From NCBI RefSeq assembly GCF_009834535.1, contig NC_045705.1:31682001-31746000 (forward strand): a stretch of DNA of 64,000 bases, given 5' to 3'. Below are positions 25,365-39,760 of this stretch, piece by piece; the first letter of the stretch is position 1, and the number at the start of each line of letters is the position of its first letter. The position numbers were made by a program, and so were the translations under genes. The stretch is from Camelus ferus (taxonomy: Eukaryota). The notes below the pieces were generated by a model. That model saw only the letters and a list, made by a program, of their open reading frames with translations. It was not told the origin of the DNA and did no database searches.

Positions 25365-26320
25365 TGTGGGTTCATCACCAGTTGTGGGTTCTGGCCAGCA
25401 GAAGTCCCACCGAGATGGAACGAATTACTCAAGACTCTGGGGAAAAGTCAAGAGAGAGAGAGGGAGTTGGGAGCCAACTCCATTAGCCTCTCAAATCTCT
25501 CATATTTATTGAGTACAGTCAAAGCAGGAATTTAGGGAAGGACAGGGTGGGATCACAATGAGTACAAAGGCTTCATGTATTGTTGGTGTTTGGCTCAAAG
25601 TTAGAGGACCCTTTTTGGTGAATCATAATCGTGTTGAGCCTTTCAGCTTATCAGGGCGGAACCTATGAGAATCAGCTGCTTGACAGCTTGGACTCAGATG
25701 GCTGTGCCTGTCTTAGGTGGCCCCCTCAGTGGGTCTTACCGTCATTGGCTAACCAGCCTTCTCACCTCTGAGCCTGCAGCTTTTTACCATTCCAGCCCAA
25801 GGCTGTTTTGGGGATAGAAGACTGACAGCAGGCATGCCCAGCATTCATAGCCGGGGGGCCTGGGTCATTGCTAAAAATCAAGGCAGGTACTAAGCTCATC
25901 TTCTTTAAGGAAATAAGTGGCTGGGATCCATTACAATTTGTTAAGCTAATCATGGGCTCCCACATATTTCCAATTGAACTTTGGTCTGGAGAGGTGCATC
26001 TATTCAAGACACCTCATACCTCAGGTTAATAGGGGTGAATATGACTAAGTTTTATGAGACACACAAAACATGCCAGGACATTGCAATGCTTAATAAACAT
26101 TTCAGCTATAATTTAACATTTTAAATCCCATGTCAAGGTTTATAATTTTGAATAATAAATTTTAAACTATAACACTAGGAACTTAATATAGATATGCAAC
26201 AACTCTGAAAAAAGCAACTGAGATTTAGACAGAATCTATAATTTCTAATTAAATATAACCCTGGAAGGTCTGTAATAAAATCCAGGTTTTTCTGATGTCA
26301 AATTTCATAAATTTCAACCA
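25365..26320 (-). mobile_element. ERV1-like LTR (about 25365-25764) with adjoining internal fragment
   Basis: TG..CA termini, reverse AATAAA at 25505-25510 and reverse CCAAT at 25744-25748. No TSD found; boundaries uncertain. Confidence 0.5.
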
Positions 26321-29300
26321 TATACATCATGTTTATCCTTCTTTCTTCATGCCTTGTTCATACTGTTGTCCTTCTTGTTCACTTCCTAAATTTTAAATTT
26401 ATAAGAGTAGAATTGTCTAAATTGTCTTGTCAAGGGCTAGCTCATTTCATCTTTTTTGAAGTCTATAAAGCATACAGACACTTCCCCTTCTGGAGCTTAT
26501 TTTGTACATGCACTGTTTCAGGAGTGCTCATTCTGACTCCCTCTTTATGGAGAGGGCATTGCCTTGAATCCCTTGCACTAACGGACATGCTATTAAATGA
26601 GAGATACGTACAGTCTAGGTAATAATCAGACAAATGAAGAAATGTAATTCCTCACTTCTCTATATGAGCAGTCTTTTGAGCAATGGCATTTCACAGGAAC
26701 ACTGGAAAGAAGCAGACAACATCACAAAGAGAATCTGAAGGCAGTGATTCAACACTCAACTGGGAGTCCAGGTATGGTCCAGCTCTTGGTTTTGGCTAAA
26801 GTATGTCTAGGAATAAAAATGGTAAAGTTGGAACATGGTAAATGGCACTTATCAACCTGACTGTCAGAGGAAGAGCAGCCAGGCTCTGAGAACAGAGCTC
26901 TCTCAATTCTGGACACAGAAGCTGGCACTGGTTTGCCTGGGCCCCGTGGTTCTAAGAAGTTTTCTTTGGATGAATTCAACTTCATGAATGTAATTAAATG
27001 AACTTAAATGACTAGTGTGTACACAGTACCACATTCAAAATTTGATGGAAAGAGAATCAATTAGCTATCCCTAATCATCCACATAGGAGTTAAAATTAAC
27101 ATGAAATTAAAAAAAAATTAGCTAAGGAGCTAATTGAATGACTGCTGATTTGCAACCTATACACATACGTAGCAGTTACCCAGGACACCATGTGAAGGGG
27201 GTTTTAGGGCATGAAGTGAGGCTGAAAGAGGAGTGGTAATGGATTTGTTTAACAGATGGCACAGGCATAGGAAGCAGGAAGTCAGGAGCTTATAGTAATA
27301 AAAAGATAATCATGATGGATTATTAGTGTTCTCCAAGCATTCTCATGCCTGCTACTTCCTTCAATCCCCAAGAAAGTGTTGTGAGGCAGGGCATACAATT
27401 CTTGGAGGAGCTGAGAGGATACTGGTCAGTAGCCTGAGTGATGAACTTAATCCCATAGACACCAAGAGTCTTTGGGCAGGTTACACAAGTTCTGCAAACC
27501 ATATCCACTGCATTAGAAAACACTAAATACAATGCTAGTTCATATCTCATATGGATTCTGTGGAATTTAAAAAAAACCATGAAGATCTTAGCACAGAAAC
27601 CTCAAATAATAACTCCTTGACACATACTGACTTTAACTGCTGCTGCATTATTTTATTTTCACAGGATTTGAAGACTCTGCAGTCAGTAAGTGGCCTGACT
27701 GCAGTGGAGAGCTAAGTCTGTTCAACCTCGAACCCATGGCCTTTCCCACTGTACAAAACAGACTGAGGTGTTCTGGCAGTAAGAGATGGGTTTGACTGCA
27801 CTGGGAGGGAATCATAGAAAAGTATGAGGTTGACTACTCTGGGGGAGGGTCTTGAATTCAGACTGGGAAGTTGAGACGTGGACCAGCAGTCAATATAGTT
27901 CTGTGATGAGGTCACAGATTTTAGTACAGAAGAGGTATTATTATCTATTTTGTTCTAGGCTATTTTGCTTTTAAATATTTTAAGTCATGAGATGGTGCAA
28001 AGGGAATCTTACTTGGAAGCGTAAACATTTAAAGCAGATAAGAGCCAAGCTGCTGTGTTTCAAAGGGACAGAGTCCCTAAAACAGCTCCTTCAAACTCCT
28101 CATTCTTCAATACTCCACCACAATGGCCTGACTCTCCAGATGAGGAAACTGGGTTCCAGAGTAGTGAACAATGTAACAACACATTCTAGGAGTTAGAAGG
28201 ACAACCTGGAATAAAACCCCACAATCCTCATTTCCCAGAACGTGTCCCTTCTACTACATTGGGGCTATTAAAGAATGTTTTAATTTCTTGGCCTTAAGCC
28301 ATATTGTAGATTTGTGAAGAGCATCCTGGGAGCTGTGTGCTTTGTTTAGTAGGAGGGATGATTTTAAGAATGGGCCTTTGTGTATTCAGAAGAGTCTTAG
28401 AGAATGAGTTGCTTACATCCCTGTTAAAAGCAATGGCCTCTACTATATTTTTACCAAGTGACAGACAGCCTCTGCTTAAGTACCTCAAGCAAAGAGAAGT
28501 TTGCCAATGAAGCAGTTCTTTTACCACATCAATTGACTCTATTAACAGTTGTATTTAGCCAGTTGAGGCCACTGTCCACTTCTTCAGTGGTAAAGTGTAA
28601 CAGTGAAGGACTTGTGTTTCAAAATGGAATTATCTGTACTCATAATTCCTGCTCAATATTATCATAAAAGAAAAAATGTAGCTTGTTATTGGTATTGATT
28701 TTGATTCAGGAAAACCTGGATTTGCACTATTTACTAACTGTGGTGACTTACTGTCATTTTTTTTTTTTTTACATCTTTATGTCCTAGTATCTTATCTCTA
28801 AAATGAAGAAAATAAAATAGTCCATTGCCTGAAACATAGTAGTGATTCATTGAATAGTTACAGTATGTGATAATAATCCATCTGGAGAAGAAGAAATGTA
28901 AATGGAAAAAGTATAGATTCTTAACAAGTGGAAAGTCTTTGGGATATGACCCTTCTGTCTTGTAGGCTCTTCAACTAGCACATTCTAGGTGCTCAATAAG
29001 TATATGGAGTAAATGAATGAGAATTTGAACGAGATGTTCTAAGTTCTTGGACTTGGGTGTGGCTAGCGGTAAGTTAAGGTCAGCTTCCCAGCTTGAGCTT
29101 CCTCAGAGGCAGTGGGTGAGTGAAGGGCTTGTGTGTAGGTAGTTTGATGGGAAACAGAATGAAGGCAGTGAATGGGGTGAGTGAAACAGGGAAGGACAGA
29201 AAGTGAATCCAAGATTGTGTTAAGCTGGTTACCATTTATCCACTGGCTCCTGTCTACTAATGATCTAGGGTTTCCTGAAAGTATGTTAATTCTTCATAGA

Positions 29301-29537
29301 GCCAGGTGTATGTAAGTGATGAAGAAGGGTCTTCTAAGTGTCTCAAGCAGCAACTGTCTGGAAGGAAAGCAAGAGGTACACTGGAAAGAGATGTTGGGGG
29401 GATTAGCAGGATGAAGCTGTTCTCAGAATATAATTGTTAGCAACTGGTTGCTGTATCCATGGCTGGAGAAAAAGTAGGTCAAGAGAATATAAGATAGAGT
29501 GCAAAAAATGTCCAACACACTCAATAATTAAAAATAT

Positions 29538-29549
29538 TTTTTTTTGTAG
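29538..29549 (+). other. Candidate splice acceptor for OR 29593
   Basis: Poly-T tract plus GTAG ending 29549, 43 nt before ATG; alternative TTTTCCAG at 29558. Confidence 0.55.
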
Positions 29550-29592
29550 ATTTTCCAGCTCAGGGAGATAAGCTTATATCAGAGAATAGTGA

Positions 29593-30522
29593 ATGGAGAA
29601 TCTCAATAATGTGACTGAATTCATTCTTTTGGGCATTACAAAGAATCCAGAGCTGAGGAAAATACTCTCTGCTGTGTTTCTAATCATGTATGTGTCCACC
29701 GTCTTGGGAAACCTCCTCATTGTGGTAACCATGGTCACAGATCAGAGTCTGAGATCACCTATGTATTTTTTTCTTACCTCCTTTTCCCTCATGGATACAA
29801 CCTTCTCTTCTGTCATTGCCCCCAAGCTGATTGCAGACTCCCTCTCTGAGAGCACTACCATCTCCTTCAAAGGCTGCATGGCCCAGCTCTTTGCAGATCA
29901 TTTGTTTGGTGGAGTGGGGATCATCCTTCTCACTGTCATGGCCTATGACCGCTACGTGGCCATCTGTAAGCCCCTGCACTACATGACCATCATGAGGCCT
30001 CGGGTGTGCTGCCTGTTGCTGGGAGGGGCCTGGCTGGGGGGACTTTTCCACGCAGTTATACAGCTTCTATTTATATATCAGATACCCTTCTGTGGCCCCA
30101 ATGTCATTGATCACTTTATGTGTGATTTGTTTCCATTGTTGAAACTGGCCTGCATGGACACCCACATCCTGGGCCTCTTGGTCATCCTCAACAGTGGGGT
30201 GATGTGTCTGGCCATCTTCCTTATCCTCATCACCTCCTACATGGTCATCCTCTGCTCCCTGAAGTCCTGCAGCTCTGAAGGATGGCATAAAGCTCTCTCC
30301 ACCTGTGGCTCCCACCTCACAGTGGTCATTTTGTTCTTTGTACCATGCATTTTCTTGTTTGTGAGGCCTGTTGTCACGTACCCCATAGACAAGGCAATGA
30401 CTGTGTCCTCTACTATCATCACACCCATGTTAAATCCCTTGATCTATACATTGAGGAACACGGAGGTGAAAAATGCCATGAGGAAACTGTGGATGAAACA
30501 AGAGATGCTGTGTGGTCATTAG
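29593..30522 (+). CDS. OR4C6-like: Olfactory receptor, OR4C6-like, 309 aa, intact
   Basis: Complete gap-free ORF with [34 protein letters not shown] and [29 protein letters not shown] and [12 protein letters not shown] match recalled human OR4C6. Confidence 0.93.
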   Translation: MENLNNVTEFILLGITKNPELRKILSAVFLIMYVSTVLGNLLIVVTMVTDQSLRSPMYFFLTSFSLMDTTFSSVIAPKLIADSLSESTTISFKGCMAQLFADHLFGGVGIILLTVMAYDRYVAICKPLHYMTIMRPRVCCLLLGGAWLGGLFHAVIQLLFIYQIPFCGPNVIDHFMCDLFPLLKLACMDTHILGLLVILNSGVMCLAIFLILITSYMVILCSLKSCSSEGWHKALSTCGSHLTVVILFFVPCIFLFVRPVVTYPIDKAMTVSSTIITPMLNPLIYTLRNTEVKNAMRKLWMKQEMLCGH

Positions 30523-30779
30523 CTTGCATGCTAAGAAAAAATCTTGCCAAAAGGTTAATGAGGTCTTACACTCCCCATTCATTCTAATCCACCAGGGACA
30601 CAGCAACCAATTATGCAAATCTGGTTTAAATGCAAATCTGCTAAATATTCAAATCACATTACTGCCTACCTCTCAAGTATATTTTATATTTTATCCTTTT
30701 TCTTGAGGCTCTGATAGCTCTCATTCTCTCTCTCCTTTCTGTCTCCCTTTCTCCCTCCATATTTAACCTGTATTTTGAA

Positions 30780-31165
30780 TAATTCAAACATTTCCCAGTT
30801 TAGGGCTTTTGCTTTTCTTACTCTGTTCACTGCTGGAATTCTCTTTCCCAGAGATTTTACTTCACAGATTCCATCTCATTTTTTTCTACTTTCAGATGAA
30901 CTCCCACCTTCTTAGACAAGTCTTTCCTGATGACTTTCTCTAGTCATTCCCTCTCAGTTTTTCTCTAACTCTTCATCTGCTTATACCTCTAACATCAATG
31001 ATTACAAGCTAACTTTAAAAATTATTCCTTGATTTTTATTTTCTCTATTTTCCCCATAAGATCATAATCCTTGTAAAGGCAGGGATTTTGTTTATTCATT
31101 TATGTTGTGAGTAGAACACTGGCAGTCACCTATTAGGTGCTTAATAAGTACTATTGAGTTAATAT
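30780..31165 (+). mobile_element. L2 3' fragment
   Basis: GGCAGGGATTTTGT..TAGGTGCTTAATAAGTACTATTGAGT 3'-end signature. Confidence 0.6.
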
Positions 31166-31879
31166 AAGTCTAAAAGAAACTTTTAAAAAATATTTGCAAA
31201 TTCACAAGTTGGGTGAAAAATAGGGGACAATAAATAAATACATACTCTTTATTAGTTAGTGTTTTCCCAGATTTCATGCTGCCAAATGTCCTTTGGGGAA
31301 GCTTTTGGCAGAAACGGCAATTTCAAGTTAGTAGGCTACTATTCAATGTGGAAGACAACACTACCCAAATTTTCTACTTCCTCTTTTCTTCCTTTAGAGA
31401 AGTAGAATAAAAATCACTTGTGTCAAGGTACTTCCGAATCTGGTGTGTAAATCTTGAAACATATAGATGAGATATCTTGATGAGAAAAGAGCAACTCTAG
31501 AGACCTATTTTTTTTTTAACAATGTGAAAAACAATTCTTGCTGTTATAGAGTTGAATTTCCAAATCCAAATGATACTTATTTTCTTCCAGATCGTGATTT
31601 GTCTGTCATTAGACAGACACTGATGCACTTTAAAACTGCCTCCCTTGACTGGTTATATGGGAAGATTAGGGTTTTAGTCTAATTTAGTATGCTCTTATGG
31701 TTTTCTTATTTTTTAAAATATGTGATGTAAATGATAATAATTATCATATCAGTTATAATATTTCAAACAGTATAGCATGATATTTGAAAGAATATTTTTA
31801 TCTGGAAATATAAGATGTGTATGTGTAATAAGTATTTCACATTAATTATCATCAACTCTTTTCAAGAACCAGGGTATTC

Positions 31880-32390
31880 ATTCATTTTTTTGAAGAATAT
31901 CTGCTGAGTTTGTATGAAAAGTATCAAATAATCTTATAGGATTGGGATATACTAGTGATGAATAAGGCAATAAATTTTCATTTTATCCTCAAGTTGACTT
32001 TCTAGTGCAGGAGACAACATATAAAATGAAAATAAGGTCAGAGAATATGTAAAAATGAAAACAAGGCCATAGGATAACTGATTCTCTGAAAAGTGTAATG
32101 GAGTGGTGAATGGGTGACTGGGTAACTCTAGATAGATGGACAAAGGGGGCTTTTCTGAGAGGTTATTTCTAAACTGAGATCTGAAAGGCGAGATAGAACC
32201 ATCCTCAAGCACATCGGTTGGAAAAGCATTCAAGGCAATAGAGAAAAACTTGTGCAGAAACTCTCGGGTAGGAACCAGCCTTTTGTGCAGAAGTTCAGGG
32301 AGGTCAAGAAGTTCAGTGACGGGACAAGAGGGAGTGTGGTGCAAGGTGAGATGTGAAAGGTGTGCTGGGCACTGATCAAGGAATCAATTA
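31880..32390 (-). mobile_element. L2 fragment
   Basis: CATTCATT start and AAACTGAGATCTGAAAGG..GGAAAAGCATTCAAGGCA signatures. Confidence 0.6.
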
Positions 32391-32616
32391 TTTTTTTAAC
32401 ACTCAGGTTCAAGAAGTACTTGGGTCAGAGTAACTCAGAATAAAAATGAAGAATCTAATCTTTCATGAGCTTATAGATGACACAAATTGCTATCAGATAT
32501 ATTTGCACAGAGCTTTTTAAAAAAACTTTTGCTATGTCAGTAGCAGAACATAATGTTTAGTGTCTGCTGCAATATCTTAAAATTGAATTCCTGGATATGA
32601 TGCAGGAAAACAGATG

Positions 32617-33225
32617 TGAGGCATGAGAAGGTCTGTGTCCCAGGCTTCAGTTGAGCCCCTGGGACATGCCCTGCCAAGTGTGGGTCCTTGGCTTCATGCA
32701 GGAAGAAATTCAAGAGCGAGCCACGGTTGAGTAAAGGTAGGTTTATTCAGAGAGATACATTGAAAGGCAAGAGAAAGGCCACAAGGTGTGGGGGTTGGGC
32801 ACTCAGATTAAAAGTAGGTACATATTCCATAGACAGAATGTTGGCCATCTTGGAAGGGAGGAGAGGGAGAGGTAGGTGCTGCAAGGCATAGTGTTGCCAG
32901 CTTTTCTGGGCTTTGGTAGCTTCATATGCTAATGAGTGGAAGGACAAGTCTAGCTAGCCTTGGGAAGGGGCTGGGACTCTCAGGAAGTTGGCCATTTCCC
33001 ACTTTGGCCTTTTGTGGCTAGCCTTGGGACTGCCGTGGGCCTGTGGGCACTTAATTCACCATTGATATACTACAGTGGGCGTCTAATGAAGCTCAAGCTT
33101 TACTAGAAGTTAAATCTCCCATCATCTTGAGCCTCAAGGCCCATTGATGGTTGAATCTTTCAACATTTTGATGTTAATTGCTATATCATTCCTTGAATGG
33201 CTTGCCCTGCCCCCTTCCTGTCTCA
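32617..33225 (-). mobile_element. ~600-bp solo LTR, ERV1-like
   Basis: GC-richer island with TG..CA ends and reverse AATAAA near 32742. Reverse begins TGAGACAGGAAGGGGGCAGGGC. TSD not resolved. Confidence 0.65.
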
Positions 33226-34441
33226 GCCTGACTACGACTCTTCACTCAGTTCATGTCAAAGACGAAAAAGCCCATGACAGTGTAATAACTTTGATCTCTG
33301 TAAGAACCTTATGATAATCTTTTTTTTTTTTCAATTCTAATTATAGAATTTGAGAACTGGGAGGATCATAATGAGATCCCTAACCTTAAGTATTTGTAAT
33401 ATTTAGGTAATTTTCCAGTATCAAAATTAGATATAGAATTCACCTCTTCTGTTACATAGATGAAAGCTGTTCTGGACATTTATGCAGAATTTACTATCTG
33501 TCATATTCCACAATTTTTTTCTCTGACCTGTAGTATAGGTCTCCCTAATTACTACATATGAAGTAGCTTTACTCATTAAACATATTACTTAGCAGCTCAA
33601 AGCCTGCCTTTATTTTTCTCTAACACTGCGATGTTTAAAATAAGTCTTGATCTTACCTCTTTTTTGTAGGAACTTGCTGTTGCTAATATTAGATTGTAAT
33701 TCATATGATCTCTATTCAGAATTGAACTTACTCAATTCAATTACTGAATTAGTCAATACTATTCATGGTACAAAGACATCACAATGTAAGAATACATGTG
33801 CAATGTATAAAGGAATACATCTTTTAATTTGAGGGAGAGACTGGTCTAAAAATCAGTTGCAAACTTCAAACTTATTGGAAAACATTGGATGAACTTGCTT
33901 CCTATTTCACTCAGAACTAGCTAACAGAAGAGAGAACTTATATTTACCAATTTGGCAGCACCCATTCAGTTATATGCTACCTAGCTCTATTACAAGAATA
34001 TAAGATCCATGAGGGAAGAAACTTTTATATGACTTTTTCCATTTCATTTATTGTTTTGTCCTCACTCATGGCACAGTTTTTGTATTGACAGAGGTACCCT
34101 AAATATAAAAAAAAGTACAATTAGTAATTGGATAAATATTTAGTTATTGTACTTGAATTGGTGATAAATTTTTATATATTTGACCAAATGTCAAGGCAGA
34201 ATAAATTGAGTACTTAATAAAAAAGAAAGAAAAGCTTGCTGTGGCAAGTGGGAATAGACATGATAAATTAATATTCACTGAAGCAAAATGGTTGGACTGA
34301 TATTTATCCTTGTCTAGCAATAGTCAGAAAATGATTATAAAGCTGTTTTTCTTTCCAGGTTACATCTTTTTTACCTTAATTCTGTGATGTGGTTTAGTAG
34401 GATCTTTGTAAAACAGATGTAATTTTAAAGTTTAGTAGAAA

Positions 34442-34470
34442 GTCCCAGTGAATTTAATTAAGCAAGAATC
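34442..34470 (+). promoter_or_regulatory. Candidate OR promoter motif (O/E half-site plus homeodomain site)
   Basis: GTCCCAGTGAATTTAATTAAGCAAGAATC; one of five copies at the same position relative to OR first-intron donors. Confidence 0.55.
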
Positions 34471-35974
34471 AATCTTGGACACATTCCAATCTAAGACTTA
34501 ATGATGGATGTGACTAAGAGAGAGAAAATGTTCAGTGTTCTTTGCCTCTATTGGGAAGATAGATTATATCCTTTTAAGAACTGATATAAAATTTTTAGGA
34601 GGTCCTTTGTTAGGCTTAAAGCAATGCATTAAAAGGCAACAACAATAGCAACACAAGGAGGTCTCTCAAAATCTCAAGTCAAGTAGTCTGGCTGTACCAA
34701 CATGAGAGAGAGAGAAGAGTTAAACAACTGAATGGTATTTTTCTATCTTGGAGTTAATAGGAAAGGAGGTAACTGAAGACAACTTTCTCTGGAAAATGGC
34801 ACTTGCTATCTTCATATGTAAACATAGGATTTGCTTGTCTATTTGAATAATTATTCTAACGTGGTAAACTTTTGCCTTTGTGTGCACTGTGGAATTTTTT
34901 TTTAAACACTGTGGAATTTATAGTGCAAATAAATAACCAGAGGAATCCATGGAGGAAATGAACAGACAGCTGAATGAAATCAAACATATCCTCAAGCAAT
35001 AGTTCCACCTTTCACCCCTCCTTTGTCATATTGGATGAAAGAAGAATTCCAGGATTTATGAGTGATTTAAAAAGTCTTCCTTCAGACTGTAAGCAAGCTT
35101 CCACAAGTAAGACTAACAGTAAATAGTAGGAACCAGGATTCACAATTGGGTGACTTTCTTTGTTTTGTAAGACATAAATCATTTTGCAATAAATCAAATG
35201 TAGGTATTAATTCTAGTTTTATCACTTAAAAATTTGTGCATTTGGAAAAATTAATGAGATAGTATGACACTCATATCAACTGTAAAATGGTGATTACAGT
35301 ACTTCTCATGTAAATACTAATTGTGATGCATTAAATTGTGAGAGCATGATTGGAATCCACTATGAGAGTTTTGAGCGGTTGATTGATATAATCAGAACAA
35401 GATTTGAAGAGTATAATTTGAGCTAATTCAGGAGAACAAACTGTTGGAGGCCAGAATAAAAGCGGAGAGGCATGACAGGAGGCTACTGCAGTGGACCAAG
35501 AAGGAAATGAGGGGTAAGGAATGAACAAATTTATGATATATTTTGAAAGTAGAGGTCACATGATTTGATAAAGTTATCAATGAATAATATGAGAGCAAAA
35601 AGATTTTTGTCTGAGCAAATACATTGAAGGCGGTGTCATTTAATGAGATGTGAAACAACTTTTTAATTGTGGAAAATTTAGAATTTGTGTTATATTTACT
35701 AAGTTGATATCCAACTTTAGATGTCCAAAAATAGAGGTGTTTCTTATAGAAATGTTAAAACTTGGGTAGAGAGAGGGACTAGAGACACAAATTTGACTGC
35801 TTTAGCATTTTTTGTTCAAGAAAGGGAGAAATATCCAACTAAAGACCCCAAGAAAGAAGTCTCAGTGAGTTCTGAGAGAATCCAGGATAGTGACCATCTA
35901 TTGATACTTTGATCTACTGACATTGAATATATAAATTAGTTTAAATGGGTCTCAATATTATATTTTTGTGATTA

Positions 35975-36111
35975 ACTTTTGTTGTTATTGGGGGTGGTAA
36001 TTAGATCTATTTATTTTTTTAATTTATTTTTAAAGGAGCAACTGGGAATTAAACCCAGGACCTCATGCATGCTAAATCATGTGCTCTACCACTTCAGCTA
36101 TACCCTACCCC
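35975..36111 (-). mobile_element. tRNA-derived SINE, camelid Vic-1 type
   Basis: Reverse reads GGGGTAGGGTATAGCTGAAGTGG (A box)..GGGTTTAATTCCC (B box), then an AT-rich tail. 15-bp TSD at 35960-35974 and 36112-36126 (13/15 match). Absent from paralogous flanks. Confidence 0.88.
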
Positions 36112-36549
36112 ATATCTTTATGATTATAAATGGTGTACTTTTTCATGGAATTACTTTCCCATCTTTTGTTGTTCTTTTACTTTTCCTTAAAATTCAACTT
36201 AAGTATTACTTCCTCTAGAAAGACTTCTTTGATTCCAGTTTGATTGATATAGTCCTACACTGTGACTCTTAGCTGTGTGTGAATATCCTTATAATGACAC
36301 TTATTACATGGGTCTGGAATTTTCTGATCTCTCATTATTTGTCATACCACTGAGTGTAGGGACCTACTACTATTCAACTTGGTAATCATAATGTCTGTGA
36401 TGCATTGGACCCAAATACATTCTCTTCACGCATACTTTTAATTGAATGGATAAATAAAAGGCAAAATTTAAAAAGCATTTAATAATTTTTCCCCTTGGTT
36501 TGTAGGTAAACTGCTTCTAATTTGTGAACTCAGCTCCTGTACAGACTAG

Positions 36550-37479
36550 ATGCAACCTAGGAACAATGTAACTTATTTCATCCTCCTGGGCCTCACACAG
36601 GATCCAAAGGAGCAGAAAGTCCTTTTTGTTATGTTCTTGTTTTTCTACATTTTGACCTTCGGGGGCAACCTGCTCATTGTTGTGACTATAACTGTCAGTA
36701 AGACCCTGAACTCACCAATGTACTTTTTTCTTGCTAGCTTATCAATTATGGACATGGCTTACTCCTCTTCTGTTACTCCCAGATTGCTTTCAGTCTTGTT
36801 CTTTGGGGAAAACACCATATCCTTTGAATCTTGCATGGCTCAGCTGTTTATAGAGCACATTTTTGGTGGGTCAGAGGTCTTCCTTCTGTTGGTGATGGCC
36901 TATGATCGTTACGTGGCCATCTGTAGTTCCTTGCGTTATTTGGTTATCATGAGGCAAAGGGTGTGTGTTGTGCTGCTGGTCGTGTCCTGGGTTGGAGGAT
37001 TTCTGCACTCAGTAATTCAACTTGGCACTATTTATGGGCTCCCATTCTGTGGCCCCAATGTCATTGATCACTTTACATGTGACATGTACCCCTTATTGGA
37101 ACTTGTCTGCACTGATACCTATGTCATTGACATCTTAGTGGTGGTCAATGGAGGACTGATGTGCAGTATTGTGTTTCTTCTCTTACTCATCTCTTATGGA
37201 GTCATCTTGCGCTCTCTAAGGAACCTGAGTCAGGAAGGGAGATGGAAAGCCCTCCAGACCTGTGGTTCCCACATCACTGTGGTTGTCTTCTTCTTTGTCC
37301 CCTGTATTTTCATATATGTAAGACCTGCTAAGACCTTCTCCCTTGACAAATCATTGACTGTGTTTTATACAATCGTAACCCCCCTGCTGAACCCATTAAT
37401 CTACAGTCTAAGAAATTCAGAGATGACTAATGCTATGAAGAAGCTCTGGAGAAAGAAAAGCAGATCAAGTATTAAGTAA
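36550..37479 (+). CDS. OR4A47-like: Olfactory receptor, OR4A47-like, 309 aa, intact gap-free ORF
   Basis: Full ORF with [29 protein letters not shown] and [15 protein letters not shown]2 reads SSLRY instead of KPLHY. Confidence 0.92.
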   Translation: MQPRNNVTYFILLGLTQDPKEQKVLFVMFLFFYILTFGGNLLIVVTITVSKTLNSPMYFFLASLSIMDMAYSSSVTPRLLSVLFFGENTISFESCMAQLFIEHIFGGSEVFLLLVMAYDRYVAICSSLRYLVIMRQRVCVVLLVVSWVGGFLHSVIQLGTIYGLPFCGPNVIDHFTCDMYPLLELVCTDTYVIDILVVVNGGLMCSIVFLLLLISYGVILRSLRNLSQEGRWKALQTCGSHITVVVFFFVPCIFIYVRPAKTFSLDKSLTVFYTIVTPLLNPLIYSLRNSEMTNAMKKLWRKKSRSSIK

Positions 37480-39384
37480 GTTCTATATAAATCATGATGA
37501 AACTCATTTAACATTAGGCCAATCCCCCTGAATGTAAAAGTCTTCATAACTCTGATGCAACTTTCCCCTTTCGCTAAAGGAATTGCAATAATTATATTAA
37601 AACATGAACTATATGTTCACGCTATCAGTGACAATTTTCCGCTAGAATATACACTGTATAACGTCTGTTTTATCACTATACCTAGAAAGGTGGGATGCAT
37701 GTACAATAGGAAATCTGTAAATAATATGTAATTAATTAATTAATTAATGGAATTTTTATACTTATACTAATTTAAATTTATTCCTGCATTTACTTTATAA
37801 CTTTTTCATCTTTAGTTTTATTTTACATCAGAGTCTTACCTTTTCTCTTCATGTTTTATTGTTCTATTTAAAGCATTTCATGCTATATAGACTGTTAAAT
37901 TCATTTGCTTTACAAATGAAAATTTTAGTATAATATTTTAATTTTTCAAATAAACTTGAAAGTATGATGGATAATGATAAATATTTGAAGTAGAACCCAC
38001 GCAAAATGAAATAGTGTAGACCAGAACTCCTCTACATCCCATAGCGTTGTCTCGCAGTTCTCCCAGTTGCAGTCACTACCCTGTTCCTGAAAGTTTTCAA
38101 GTAGTAATCTTGCAAATACAAGTATATTTATGTCTCTGTGTATAAATGTTGCATTTTACTACTGAGGCTCCTGAAGATCTCTGTGTACCTGTCTATATAG
38201 ATCTAACTCATACTATTTAACTTCCTTATAAAGGTATATTCAAATTTAAATGTCCAGTCCTCTTCAGGTTTTTCCTGTCTTTTCCTAGGATAGATAATTG
38301 TGCAATGCAGTGTTTTTGAAAAATGTTTTTAAACCTAGAGGTGAAATTTTGGAGTCAATTGGTTTATGTATTTATAATGTTGGTGTTCATAAAATGCCGT
38401 ACATGAGCTTGTAGTAAACTCACTATTCCCTTCATTCTGGAAAAAAATGTTTGACCACATTCTCAAAAACGAACACTTGATAAACATTTGTGGTGTTTGA
38501 CAATCTCATTAAAGAAACTGTGTTTCACTTGCATACTTTAATTATAAGTAAATAAATATAATTAGAATTTGGACATCTATTGATGTGTTTAAAGTGATAT
38601 GTAATTTTTTTTCATGAATTACTTATTAATGAATTTCATGTGTTTTATTTGATTGCTGACACTTCCCATACTAATTTTATGATTTAATTAAATACTAAGG
38701 AATTCATCCAAATTATCTTATGTGTGGAGTTATTGTTTTTCCAGCTTGTGATTTGTTTTTGATATAATTATACTGTGCAGAATGTTTTTGACCATGTAGA
38801 AATAATCTTGCATTTACATAATTAAATCTATTAATATTTTCTTTGGATATTTTCTTGCTTAGAAAGAATTTTCCTATTTCAATGCCTATACTATTTTCCA
38901 TAGTGGTTGCATCCATTTATATTCCAACCAAGAGCGTACAAGTGGTCCAAAGTTTCTACATCATTACCAACATTGGTTTTTTATAAAATCAATTTCATTT
39001 CACTCACTAGGGCTCTGCTCTCATTATCTGATCATTTCCCAAAGGCTCCATTTCTAAATATTACCACTAACATACTTCAGTGGTCAAGGACTTTTAATAT
39101 GTATTTATACCTACTAGGGATACTCTCCTAATTACTCCCCTAATTATTTCTTCAGAAAGTTCTTGTATTCCTAAATATTTGCATTTTATCATATCATATT
39201 TTTCAAAGTTTTAAAACTTCCCATAAAATATATGTAGAATGTCATAACTATATATTTGTTTTGAGAAAAATGACATATTTTTATATCTTATTTTCTCATT
39301 CTGAATTAAGGCATATATTATGTAGAATTGATTGATGTCTCAAAAAACTTTTAATCATTTCCATAGAGTGTAAGTAAAATTTGC

Positions 39385-39760
39385 TTATTGGTTTTTTTAG
39401 GTATTTTATTCATTTTTTAAAACATTTTTTAATTGAGATGTAGTCATTTTACAATGTTGTGTCAAATTCCAGTGTAGAGCAGTTTTTTAGTTATACATGA
39501 ACATACATATACGCATTGTCACATTTTTTTCCTCTGTGAACTACCACAAGATATATTTTCCTGTGCTATACAGTATAATCTTTTTAATCTATTCTTCATA
39601 TGCCTCTCAGTATCTACAAATTTTGAAATACCATTCTGTCCCTTCCCACCCACCAAACCCCCTTGGCAACCACAAGTTTGTATTTTATGTCTGAGTCTGT
39701 TTTTGTTTTGTATTTATGTTCTTTTTCTTTAGATTCCACATATGAATGATCTCATATGGA
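39385..39760 (-). mobile_element. Camelid-type L1 3' end, found only in tandem copy 1
   Basis: ATTGAGATGTAGTCATTTTACAATGTTGTGTCAAATTCCAGTGTAGAGCA..TTAGATTCCACATATGAATGA. The empty site is at about 46795. Confidence 0.85.

Noticed and set aside
29755-30618. Antisense and alternative-frame ORFs overlapping OR genes (also 7223, 16586-16889, 17843, 44210, 57786-58126)
   Set aside because: Shadow frames of OR coding sequence, several extended artificially through N-gaps.
35975-36111. Possible tRNA gene (A and B boxes present)
   Set aside because: It has an AT-rich tail, a TSD and a degenerate B box, and no complete cloverleaf; it is a SINE.
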